Of a stretch of DNA of 64,000 bases, positions 24,501-37,000 are shown piece after piece. A model generated the notes under the pieces. That model had not been told where the DNA came from. It ran no database searches and worked only from the letters and a program-made list of their open reading frames with translations. The position numbers and the translations under genes are program-made. How positions within the stretch are numbered: position 1 is the stretch's first letter; every line of letters starts with the position of its first letter. This stretch comes from Ptychomitrium polyphyllum (taxonomy: Eukaryota), in NCBI GenBank assembly GCA_973851085.1, contig OZ316776.1, positions 2,728,001-2,792,000 of the forward strand, read 5' to 3'.

Positions 24501-27500
24501 TTCAATGTTTGCAGGTGAAATATATGGAGTCCTCAAATACCGGATCGTCCTGTCAAATGGGAAACATGAACTCAACTCTACTGAAATCACAAAAATGTGA
24601 AGATTGTACAGCCCTCCTAAGCATGGACCACGGAAAAAACAATAATTGAAAAAACCTGAATGACAATGCATAAGTTCTTAGTAATGATATAACGTTATCA
24701 GTGCTTTATAAGTTTAGCCTACTTCTTACATGGGGCCTGATTGAAAACCGGCCCAAACGCTCCTGATCTTAATTGATAGGATTGCTTATCCTCCCTGCTG
24801 GTCCAAGGACATTATAATAGGACTGGTGCACATTTCCACTCATCCTATGTGGAGTTTCACGTGGCACATTATGGCGCTGGATTTTTGGCCCAGCTTAACA
24901 AAATGGGGACAAGATTTTCCTTGGCTCAAATTTGCTATATGGACCACATTGTACCAAGCTCACTACATGTACATGCACTAGATCAATTCCATATTCGTCA
25001 TTAGAAAATTTCTCCTCTCCTCAAATTTCTTAAGTTCCTTATACTTTTGACTTTTTCAAGCCTTCTTCCTCCCATACCTTTATGTATGTATCTTTGAACA
25101 TGTCTATAGAATTTGTCCAAGGTGAGTACTTGGCATCACAGTTTTAAATTCCAAACTTGGTTGTGCAAGTGAAAAAGAAATGTGTAGTAAAGAAAAAAAA
25201 GACCTTTTAATTATAGTGTGAAAAATACATTAGCTTTATTAAAGAAAGAAAGAAGAAAGAATAAAAAAATGGTGAAGAAAAATTAGCAAATAGAGTTGGT
25301 TACATAATAAAATCAATGTCCTAATTAGATTAAAACAAGAGAGGAAGCCAAAATTCACAAAAAATTCAAAGAACCAAAATCAAGTATGAAGAATGCATCT
25401 CGACTATTTATTTTTTTGAAACTTGATTCATTGGATTTCTTTACAAAATTTAATTGGACATGATGTTGTCTATTTTAGAGGAACTTACTTTGTTTCTACA
25501 CCTTTTGTACTTGTTTCTATCATTTTAAAGTATGAAAATGATGTCAAATTATATATTAATAATTATATATCACATATGAGATACATGGAAAAATTAATTC
25601 TTTGACTTCTATTTGAAGTAGCCTTAGAAGAAGTGAATGTATGTGGTTGTAGTTCATACTCTACTTTTTTCTAAGTGGTAAACTTGTTATTTTAGAAATT
25701 TTACTCCTTACTCCTATAACTATAAAGACATGGCCAAATCTATTTGTTTTTTGAAAATACAATGATGCCTACAATGCAATTTATAGTTCCTATAGCAAAA
25801 AAAACATGCTTAGAGTTTAAATCTTTTTTGAAGAATGCAAATCTTTCATTGATTTTTTGGCTTCTTTATCTTACAAAGCCATTGTTAATTATGTACAATG
25901 CTTATAATATATAATTTTGAAGTTTATTCTAGGTGTACCTCAATATTAAACCTTCATGCTCAAGCTTGAAGTTTTATTTAGATATATATTGCCTTTGAAT
26001 TTGCATGGTGAAGTAAGTGAAATAGTAAGAAAGGTGCTTGATAAATTCATAAAGGTATTTGTTGTCAATTTGAACAAAAATCTTTGTATAAAGGCTTTTT
26101 AAACCTTACAATTTTTTGGAATGATTTCCATATAGTCACATTCAACATTTCATCATCAAATGCAAATGATTTTTTTTACAAATGAACTAAAAAGACTTAA
26201 ATTCCTTTTAATACTTTAATTATAAAATTTTGTAAATTCTTGATAGTAAATATTTAAATTTTTAAATTTTAGAGTTATTGGAACAACAACGTCATTGTCT
26301 AAGCAATTGTCACTAATTATTATTTAATTTTGGAAGCATAATTGTTTTTTTTATTGACAAAAAGAGACATCTTCTTCAAATTTTGTATTGGATTATTTAA
26401 ATGTATACTGGAAAAATAACTCAATTGTTATTAAGGTATAACACAACAAGTAATTTGAGTTCTACTTTGAGAGTATTTTAAAAAATCAAAAATTAAAATT
26501 AGCCTACATTCAATCCTTTGGATGTTGGCAATGCAAGGCTCAAAATAATTAGTTTTATTTTCTAAGCATGTGCTTTTACTTGAAAACTTAGATTTCAATT
26601 TTAAGATGCAAGTTGTACTTTCTTTGAAGATGAAACAATTTCAAGCAAGACATCTATCACGAAATTAGAGTCATGCTATTCATCACTCATTTCTACATAC
26701 CTTTGCTATAATTTATTCATGATTTTCCACTTTCTAAGATGAGGGTGAGCTGCTTCAAGTACCAACAAATGTGTTATATGATTATTACAACTTGCAATAA
26801 GAAAAATAGTCCTTCACGAAATCACAAGTATTGAACCATTACATTATCTTGCAAGTGTCCTTCATCTAATGCATTGCTGAAGTTTGTGAAGTATAAGGTA
26901 CAGTTGTATAATTGTGTCTTTTGTCAATTGAAGATGAGGGAGTGGATGTGGTAAGATCATCACTCCTTATTCAGGACTTCATGCATACGTCACCACCTGC
27001 ATTTATATTGCATTTATATTTATTACTGGTTCTCACATCCCAAGGTTAGGTGAGTTGCTCCAATTTTTGAAGAATGATATGCAAGTCAAAATGGAAGGGA
27101 TCTATTCACACCGAACAACGCAATTAGGAAAGAGTTCTACCCACCTGTGAAGGACTTCCTTACCAGGAAAGGCTGCCAACTATCTGATTTGATAATCACG
27201 ACTCTTTGTAAATATCTGAGTGGAGGTTGCGCTGTTGCTGTTCAAGTAAGAAGTACTGCAGTCAAATTGGACTGCAAGCACCTGATTCACAGGTGCTCAA
27301 GTGTGGGAACTGACCATGGTCTCAAATTATAGTACAGGGATATTAGATTGCCCAATGGAATTTGCGGCAAATCTTTTCCAGTACACTCATCGCAGATTCA
27401 AACGTGCAGTAACTTGAGGGGCAATTGGGACTCAGTATAGTACTACAGCAAACTCTGCAGTTTAAGGTTGCCATCAAGGGTTCAAGATGACATGACTTGA

Positions 27501-27849
27501 GGTTCGTTTGTACAATTATGCGTCTTGAGAAGTTCAGAGCGGCCACCTTTAAAATGTCAAGCCGCGCCGGTGGGCATTAATCCTTCACGTGCATGTACCT
27601 AGATAGTCTGATTACACCCAAAGTAACAGAGCAATGCCAGACGTGATCATATCGATGATACACTACATCGCATAGAAGAATAGCCCCTCTCCCAGGCATT
27701 GTCTTTACCCTACAGTATATGCAGCCAGTGCTGAAGAAGTGATACGCATATCTTGAGAGCTCCTCAATTTGCTTTTCTCTTGATACTTAGTGAAGGTTGC
27801 GTTGTGACAAGCTTGTAGTTTGTCCGTTGTTTGGCCTTTGTTTGCAGCG

Positions 27850-28326
27850 ATGTCGTCGGTGGACATAGCAGAGCCAAGCCCGGCCACCACTAGGCCTTCC
27901 ATCCTGGCCCAGCTCCCCGAGGGCGTTGTCACGCATGTGGCCACAGGCCAGGAGTCTCTGGTGCAAGCAGTGGGCCTCATTGGAGAGTTTGGCCTCCCTG
28001 ATGGGCTGCTACCCCTCAAGGACGTGGTGGAGTGCGGTTTCAACCGGGAGACGGGTTATGTGTGGATCACTCAGAAGAAGGCCATCGTGCACTCGTTCAA
28101 GCAGATCGGGAAGCAGGTGAGCTATGCGGAGAAGATCACGGCGTACCTGGAGAAAGGACGGCTGAAGAAGCTGACGGGCGTCAAGGCTAAGGAGCTGCTG
28201 TGGGTGTCTATTGTGGACATCACTGTGGACGAGGCCGACAAGAACAACATCTTCTTCAAGAGCTTCAGTGGCTTAGGGAAGACGTTCCCTGTTAAAGCCT
28301 TCATCAAAGGTGCAGATCTCAAGTGA
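27850..28326 (+). CDS. DUF538 family protein (SVB-like), single coding exon
   Basis: Motifs EFGLPDGLLPL, ECGFNRETGYVWITQKK, FKQIGKQVSYA, LKKLTGVKAKELLWVSI and GLGKTFPVKAF. GC-rich codon usage. Confidence 0.92.
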   Translation: MSSVDIAEPSPATTRPSILAQLPEGVVTHVATGQESLVQAVGLIGEFGLPDGLLPLKDVVECGFNRETGYVWITQKKAIVHSFKQIGKQVSYAEKITAYLEKGRLKKLTGVKAKELLWVSIVDITVDEADKNNIFFKSFSGLGKTFPVKAFIKGADLK

Positions 28327-30692
28327 TGAGCTTATTGCTGGCGATGGAGTTTCCCCCGTTTATGGACATGGCGCTTATGGTAGTACGGCTCAGCTTTAAA
28401 TATGTAGGTAGTTTTGCTTGTCACGTTGAATATATATTGTAGGTACCCAGTTCACATGACGCTGCTTTGAGTTGGCTATGTTGTTATGTCTTGCATGTAG
28501 ATAGCCAGAATGAAGTGACTGGAAAACTTTGACGCTCTATAATAGCAGCAACTCAACTCTATACTGTGTGGCAGTGGCTTTTTGGTTTCTCATCTGGTGG
28601 CATGGAGCACTTGAACTTCACAGCTGATGTTTTGAAGAACTTTGTTGTAGATGATCAAATAGCATAGGCACGGTGCCCATTTGAGTGTCGAGCAGCTTTG
28701 TCGAAGATAACTATTTTGTTTGGCTTCGTTGATGCAACTGTCGCGAGGTTAGTAACGAATGACCACTAATGGACTACTTATTCGAAAATGATATTTACCC
28801 AGTTGTCCTGCAAGCTGTATAAAAGCCAGTCAGAAAATTCGGATTTCATTATATTGTTCAGCCAGGTGACCCTACACCACTGTAGGGGAGAGCATCTATA
28901 TTCTAGCTTTTGACAATGTTTAACAAAGTTCAAAAGAAATGTGAAGTCCGACGTCTATAAAAACTCTTTCCACTTTTGTTCTTACAGAATTGTTAGGTTT
29001 TAGCATATATTGAGATTTTATGAGTACATTTTTGAGATTTTAGCATATGTCTTTAAATAATCAATTGTATGTATTGAATATACGTTTTAATTATACCACA
29101 TTAGTTTGTTGGAAGCTTCCAAAGCTCTTTACTCAAGTTATTTGCACTTGCCAACACTTATTAATTATTGTATACTTTGTGATATGTTCCATAATGTGCA
29201 TTGACATGCATATAATACATACAATTGAATATCTTGAACAAAATGCATGTTTTAAAGTATTAACTTAGAATGTGTGTTTAAGAATTTGAAGTTTGATTGC
29301 ATTTATAGTATATGAATTAGTAAAGAGAAAATTAAAAAATCCATTTAAAGTGAAACTTTAAACTATGTTGGAATTACATGGAAGTTTATTTCTTTCATCA
29401 AACAATAAGGTTTTAATTAAATTTTGAATTTTTAGTCAATTTTGAACTACCAAATTCATAAAAAAATGTGTTTGTTGCATGTAGCTAATGCAAATGGTAC
29501 TCAAATCTAAAGCCACAATTCCATTGAAATCGGACATTTTTTATGAAATTGGCAATCCAAATTCCATTAAAAAATCTAGACTTGGTAAAATCCTATTGGA
29601 TTAAAAAACATTGCAATTTCTTTAATGAAAAAAAATTCTAAAAACAAATTTACAATTGCCTATGAGTGTTTCCAAAAATTGCACATCTTAAATATAATCC
29701 TCTCATTATCTTACAAAATATGGATTATATATTTTTCTAAAATTACGTACTTATTTTACCTTACATTTGTGCACATTGAGAATCCATTCCTTCTCATAGG
29801 AAGTATTCAATCAGATGTAATACATATCCATGGCTTAATCTTTTAAACTTTAGAAAAATGTAATTATCATTACATAATACATTTTTGAAAATTATAGTCC
29901 CAAAACGAATGCATATCAAAGAACAAAGCACCCCATATACATGCTAACTTAGTAATATATGCACTGTTTAATGGATACACTTAAGACCATATAATATATC
30001 TTCGGACTGTCTAATACGAATACCAGAGGCACTTATCCAAAGCTTTGTAGAGTCAGATTAGCATCAAGAACAACTTCCATTAGACCACCTAGCTTGTCCT
30101 GATTACGAGCCCATTCTGCTAATTCGGTCTAAAACTTCACTTCTGTGAGAAAAGGTCCATATTCTAATTGAACAGGAATTAAGGGATAAATATGAGTAGA
30201 GAGTCCAGCTGTCGAGGCATGAGTCGCGCAGCTGTCGTCTACCAAAATCACATTATCACAGGCTCACATGCAGTAGACGCCTACATCAGTATTACTACAT
30301 TACATAGTCAAACAATATTACGGACGTAGTCAAACAGCCTTGCTTTGAGGAACTACATTCCAGAAGTTCCGACTGAAAGTTTATCGGCAAGTGAGAGCTG
30401 AGCATACATTAGCTGGAAGCATCTATTCATGCATAACGTTGTCTACATGGACCTCAAAAAATAAACAGTTGGGAACAGTTGAAGCTTCCAGATTCCAAAC
30501 TTTAAGAGGGTCATCTGCGATTGTTGATATTGTTACAAATCAACGTTAACTTATTACACAGCAACGGAAACGCTATGAGTTGAACTGAGCGTGGAGTTGC
30601 CCAACTTCACGCGGTACACCTAAGATATACACGATAGTTCTTCACTTGTAGAGCGCACATGTTTTAACTTGATTCAGAAATGAAACAAGTCT

Positions 30693-32734
30693 TCACTTGG
30701 GAGCATCCGGTTGATTGGCTGGTAAAGACGCCTGGACTTCTGGCAGCTCCAATAATGCTTTGCCAAGGCGATCAATAGTCGGATATGGTGTCTGAAAGTC
30801 CACAAGATGCAACGTTAAACCCATCGTTGAACCTTACAATTCGATTGTTTAAGTTACTGACTCTCTGACACTCCTCTCCACCACAAGACAAGAATTTCGA
30901 CAACTTCCTTGATAGATACGCCAGTAAAGGACTAATGTGACCATCCTATTCTCGAGGGCACTCTTAACAAATCCACTAAACACTAAATTTTGGGATGTTC
31001 AGTCGAAAGGAAACCTATTTCAGCTTTAGAGCATTTGTACTTACCATGTCAACCTTAAAACGCTGCGCGTTGCCAATTTGCGGTACCAGAAAAACATCCG
31101 CCTGCACAATTCCAATTCGAGATAGAATTGTTTCAGCTATGGGGAGTGTGGAAGTTTACAAACGATTAGAAAGGAGCACAGATTGTTCTTACCAGGGTCA
31201 GCTCATCGCCGACTGAATATTTGCCAGCTACTTTCTTTAAAAGCTGCTCCAACGCTGCAGCCAGACATCATACGAGCAACAGTGTTTAAGTAACCAAGCT
31301 GTCATAATCTATAATTGAAGGAACCAATAGAATTGCAGATGTAGAAAACTCTGCGAAATTAAAATGCACGGTGACTGAGCCACTAACCAGTAAATCCTTT
31401 ATTGATATGGTCCTGAGCCCACTTGAGTCGCTCGTCCGCACCCAGTAGCGCCTCTATCATTTTCTGTACAGAAGCAAATGTTACCAGAAAGCTTATGATA
31501 GACTGGATCCTCATCGAAATAAATGTCAACAGAAATACACTAATGTGAAGGGCTTGAAAACATAGATACCAAGCATCCCAAGTTCTGAAGCGGCTGAATA
31601 TTCGCTCCAATCAGGTACATCGCCTGCCATACAGTAGAAACTCAAGAACTTTAGAGCCCACAGAACTTGATGAAATAACTACCTTAACACCTATCAATTT
31701 GAAAAAGTATCCAGAATACGCATATGAGTGACAAACATAAGATTATCTGATACATCAGGAACAGACACAACATAATGCTCTTACACCGTACAAGATTGGA
31801 TCCAGTGTTCTTACCTGACGCACAGTTGCTCTCGTCACAAGGTCCACAGGAAGCAAAGGTCGTTTATCAGGGAACTTCTCTTCAAAGTACTGCAGCATCA
31901 ATACAGTCCAAATACCTTGGATGAGTTTTGCTTGACCTAGGAACCATTGTCTTACAGAATACCAGAGAAAAGACCTCCACATATATGGTTGCATGCACCT
32001 CTACAATAATAAGTACATTCAAATGCATGTGCAGGGATCTGTCTTTGAAATCAAATAATAGCACAACTTGATACAATGTTTAGGTGGTGGATATACCATG
32101 ATAATGGCCATTGAATCCGCAATCGCAACCCCATCGACCTCCACAGCTGGGACGTATTGGAGAGGGCTTATCTTTTTGAATTCTGTGACCAATAAAATGC
32201 AGCAATTTGTGAGAAGGTTAACTGAAATTTATCACATAATGTAAATGAGCTATTCACAACAGAGGAGTCATGAGAATCAGATTATTGTCCAGAATACGGT
32301 ACGCATACCCTCGGATTTATGCTCTCCATTTGAAATGTTGAGAGCCTTATACTCATAAGGAATGCCTGCAAATTTAAGTTGAACGTTAGTGCATTTCACG
32401 AATTTCATAGAAGTGGGTCCTCAGATAACAATCGTTTTCTAAGAAGCCATTCATAATGAATCAAACAAGCAGATGAGCTAAAACATCAACCCAAAGTGTC
32501 ATAAAAAAGTTGCCAAACCTTTGAGTTCAAGCGCCAGTCGCACCCGCCATGTGCAAGAACTTGCGTAGAAACCCCACAACGTTACTGAGCTCACAGCCGT
32601 TCCTTTCTGCAAGACTCAACCCAGTCCAATTAAATGCTCCGGTCTTCTAGCCACCACAATCATCTCGAAACGATAAAAACTACATACGGGATGAAAGTGT
32701 AATTACTCACCGTAGGCTCGCCAGCCTTCGACAT
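30693..32734 (-). CDS. GSTZ: Zeta-class glutathione S-transferase (maleylacetoacetate isomerase), multi-exon
   Basis: Exons give MSKAGEPT, VTLWGFYASSCTWRVRLALELKG (zeta SSC motif), IPYEYKALNI, PLQYVPAVEVDGVAIADSMAIM, YFEEKFPDKRPLLP, LIGANIQPLQN, ADVFLVPQI and PANQPDAPK*. Confidence 0.92.
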
Positions 32735-33590
32735 GCTGACGCACGTTGCAAGTTCTTGGTGCCACGCTAAAGTGACTCAACCTGTGCAAATTCAAATCCA
32801 ATCAAAAAGGGTTAAATGCGTGTCTGAGTCACAACTCTATACTCTACCGGTACAGAATTCGAAAAAGTATAATGCAGGAAGAAGACAGAGCTTCTAACAA
32901 CTACGGCGGAGTCACTCGAGACACAACTACGATGGCAAAGTCTTGACAGAGAGCCAATGTTTGAGCCCCAGACGAAGAATTCCGAACTGACCAAGTGCGT
33001 GTAGCCAAGTACTGAGGTATGCACGGTTACTATAACACTCACACCTAAAGAAAACCGATCCCTCAAAGACAATTGCTGTCTCGGCTCCATTCAGTACTAA
33101 CGAAGCCTACTAGGCCATCGGTCCCCTACAACATCCACCACACACTCCTCATAGAGTCACCACCTTAACGTCTCTCCATAGCAATTAAACTGAAGCTCCG
33201 TGCTCATACCAGTCCACATTCTGCACTCCCTTCTAACCCTAACCTCGACACTTCAGAAAATCCAAACGGCTGACCTCACACTCTGGACAATTCTCATACA
33301 ACCTCTGCCTACAAAACTGCCCCAGCAAACAACAAAGATCACCCTACCTGATCCTCAACCTTCGATCAAACAGAACCAAAACTGTTCCCTTAGAATCCTC
33401 AGCACAGACCCTACTCAACATGAAATCCAATCCATCACACCATCGCATGATTTCGTCGACAAAAACCTCAAAAGAATTGCACCTTTAAGAGAAAACCAGA
33501 GAGACCACATAACACGCACCTAAGTCACTCTCTCCTATCATTATCTACGGCGCACCATAGATCTAGCGTCCCAAATGTACATCCTTTGTC

Positions 33591-33645
33591 CACGTGCGAC
33601 GGCTTTGGGGGACGACGACGGCTTTGGGGGACGACGACGGCTTTG
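33591..33645 (+). repeat. G-box followed by a 19-nt tandem repeat in the GSTZ/P5A divergent promoter
   Basis: CACGTG at 33591, then GACGGCTTTGGGGGACGAC twice plus a partial third unit. A telo-box AAACCCTAA lies near 33808. Confidence 0.8.
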
Positions 33646-34014
33646 TGAATGGTTACAGAATACTCGGAAACAGAGCATCTGGTGAGTGTGAACGGGGGAG
33701 TGGGGACGAGAAAGCAAGGCCGGTGGAGATGATGGCGAAGCTTGCACTCCGCAAAGAGGACACAGAAATAACTTTCGAGAACAGAGGGAATGTGCGACAG
33801 CTCCCCCAAACCCTAATCCACCTGCATGGCGATGCCGCTCGCGGAGTGTTTGCATCCCGCGGCTCCGACTTAGTCTGCGTTGCTGCGGCGATCGGTTGCA
33901 GAAGTGGAAGCATCAGCATCGGAAGCGGGCGCTTCAGGAACAGTGGGGCGCGGCGGGGCGGGGTGGGGAGGGGTGGGGTAGGGTTTGCGGCTTTGCATCC
34001 TTGCCTCTGCAGGG

Positions 34015-37000
34015 ATGGGGTTGGCGGCGGAGGGGAAGATTGTGCAGCAGGTGGAGCTTTATAAGTGGAGATCCGCCGTATGGCGATTGGATGTGTGGCC
34101 GTTCCTCGGCGCGTACGTGGTGTGGGCGCTCGGGGTGGCGACTCGGCTCGATTCTACGGATGCGGGGATTGTGCTGGCCGCGCTTGCGATTCTGCACATC
34201 CTCACGTTCCTCTTCTCCGCTTGGTCCGTGGATTTTCGCTGCTTCTCGCAGGCTAGTAAGGTGCGGATGCTTTCTCATCTGGAAAGGAAAGAGACTGATT
34301 TTTGTTTTAGGATTTTGAGAATTGAGTGGGATTTTGGTTGAGGTTTTTTTGAGGAGATTGGTTTTTTTTATCCTGGAATCGGGTGGCAGGTGATGGATGT
34401 TCATGAGGCAGATGTTTGCAAGGTGGTTCCGACTAAATTCTCGGGTGGAAAGGAAGTTGTACCCTTGCAGATGAGGAAATTGGTAAGTGTTCTCCGGGTG
34501 TGTGATTTGGTGATCGTCGGAAGTCGGGGTTTTGGAGTACTGTTAGTGTCACTAAGGGATTTTGCTTCGTGGTTACATGTATTGCAAGGTCAGTTGTTTG
34601 ACCTAATGATGAAGTCTTACTGATTTGATGTGCTAATCATGGACGCCTACAGCATGCAGTGTAGTTGTCAAATTAGCTTCTCCCTACCTGTTTATGACAA
34701 TGCTGCATTGAGCTTGGTAAGTTTGAGAAACGTGCTGGCGTCTCTGTATGAGTTGAGGTTTTGCACTCAATACTTGCCAAATTTTGTTTCGTGCAGATAG
34801 TTGGTGAGAAGCGTTCTGGGGGTCGAGACTATGGGCTTGTTTCAAATTACCTTCCTGCTGATTTTGAGGAAATTGGATTTGACTTTAGGAAACAACGTTT
34901 TACTTACTCTAAAGAGCTCAATAAATTTTGCAAGCTGGATTATCCAACAAAAGAAACGTTTGGAACGTATGCCAAGAGCACAGGCCATGGCAGTGAAGCA
35001 AAGGCTTTGGCTGCAACTGAAAAGTGGGGAAAAAATATGTACGTATTTCTTTGGACCGTGATGACTTCTATTGCGCTTGGAAGTCTGTCTAGCTTGTTTA
35101 GGGGAAATCTAGGAGTACTACAGTCGTCTGTTGTTTGTACTGTTTAAGTTTGTTACTGCAGGAAGAGGTTTATGATATTATGGATAAAGCTTTTGATGGT
35201 CATACGTTGATTATCTTTACGAGCTTTAGAGTTAAGCCACAACTGGCTATATTGCAGCGAACATATCTAGCATGTTTTACTTCTTTGTGATACGGAAGAT
35301 ACCGATTAAGGTTTTTTGAGACCTTGCATATACATGTTATGAAATAAACCTATCTCAAGTTTCTTCTGACAGGTTATTAGATGCCAAGTTTGCTCAATTC
35401 TATTACGGCAGTGTCGTCACAAGCAGCATGTTTGATTGTGATTTGAGCAGGCTCAGCAATTTATTTCAACTTTAATGTTGTGTATGGTTAGGTTTGAATT
35501 CCCTCAGCCAAATTTTCAAAAGTTGATGAAGGAGAACTGCATGGAGCCTTTTTTTGTCTTCCAGGTTAGAATGACAACACTAGCTCCTCTCTGCACTCTT
35601 ATGACTTATGTGCAGGGTGAAGGACTGCGAACGCCTCCGTTAGTGAAGAATGTTATACTGTAGAACTTAATGAGTTTGTGGTGTTGAAACTTCTTGGCTG
35701 CATTTGGTGCTTCGAACAAGTAGTAGAGTGTGTAGTTAACATATCTATGATGAAGCCTGATAATTCAAAGATTCTGAAGTTGACGGGATTTTATTCTCTT
35801 AAACCGTCCCACGCTAGAAGGTGCTACATTTAGGGCATTCCTATTGACATTCTTTGCTGGTAACGTGAAAGAAGCTGCAATGCCAAGCACAAGATGTGTA
35901 ATTAAGGTTTTTTGAGGTGTGCAGGTGTTTTGTGTCGGACTTTGGTGCCTTGATGACTACTGGCTGTACAGCGTTTTCACCCTCTTCATGCTTGTTCTCT
36001 TCGAATCAACCGTTGTCAAGAGCAGACTTCGAACTCTGTCAGAGCTCCGAAGAGTTAGAGTGGATAGCCAGACATTAACGGTTCATCGTGGTGGAAAGTA
36101 AGTACCTTACAAGAGATTTGAAGCTTTCTTGTATGGTTAATTAAATGTGAAAGTTCAGTCATGCTGCGCATTATGTAATATGGACTAATGAAGTCTCTGA
36201 TTATTACAGGTGGGTAAAATTGTCAGGGGCGGATCTTATTCCTGGAGATGTGGTTTCTATTGGTCGACCCACTGGGGTTGGTAGCGAGGAGCGAACTGTG
36301 CCTGCAGACATGCTACTCATTGCTGGTAGTGCAATTGCCAATGAAGCTCTGCTGACTGGAGAATCTACGCCACAATGGAAAGTACGCACTGAATTGTATT
36401 CTTTGAGTAAGGATAGCATGTGTTTGGAAATTTCTCCGACATATTTTGTTAAATTGCTAAGTCTTAGCAGAACTCTAGCAGGGACATTGTTCATGATGTC
36501 CATGTATCTGATGCTCTTATTTGCGAATTTTCATCATATTTACAATCACAATTGTCATCTACATAGGAAGTGTTTAGAAGGTCAATTGTCAAGAGTGTTG
36601 TTCTGATACGGTACGGCCATATTATTTTACCAATTTGCAGTGGATTCCTGTTCTGTCCTAGAAGAACTGATATGTAGTGCCCATTTGATTATTCAGAATT
36701 TGTATATAAAGCTTCTCCCTTTCTGCAGGGACCCATTGTTGGTCGGGATCCTGACGAGAGGTTGTCAATAAGGCGGGATAAAAATCACGTTCTCTTCGGG
36801 GGTACCAAGATATTACAACACACATCGGACAAGGTAGCTACTGTGATGCTCATTTTAACATATATCCAAGTTTATAATTTAAATTCTTCAACTATATCTT
36901 ACAGTTTGATCTTGTTTGGTAAAAGCAACTGGAAAAGAAATGAGTTTTTTTTTCTCATCCGACGGGGAGAGGATTCTCATTGTAATGCATCACGTGGCTG

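Noticed and set aside
25100..26900. Possible DNA-transposon transposase relic
   Set aside because: AT-rich and TE-like, but I could not read any diagnostic motif or terminal repeat.
33525..34404. Multiple overlapping ORFs on both strands
   Set aside because: Expected in a GC-rich promoter and first exon. Only the frame starting at 34015 matches a P5A-ATPase.
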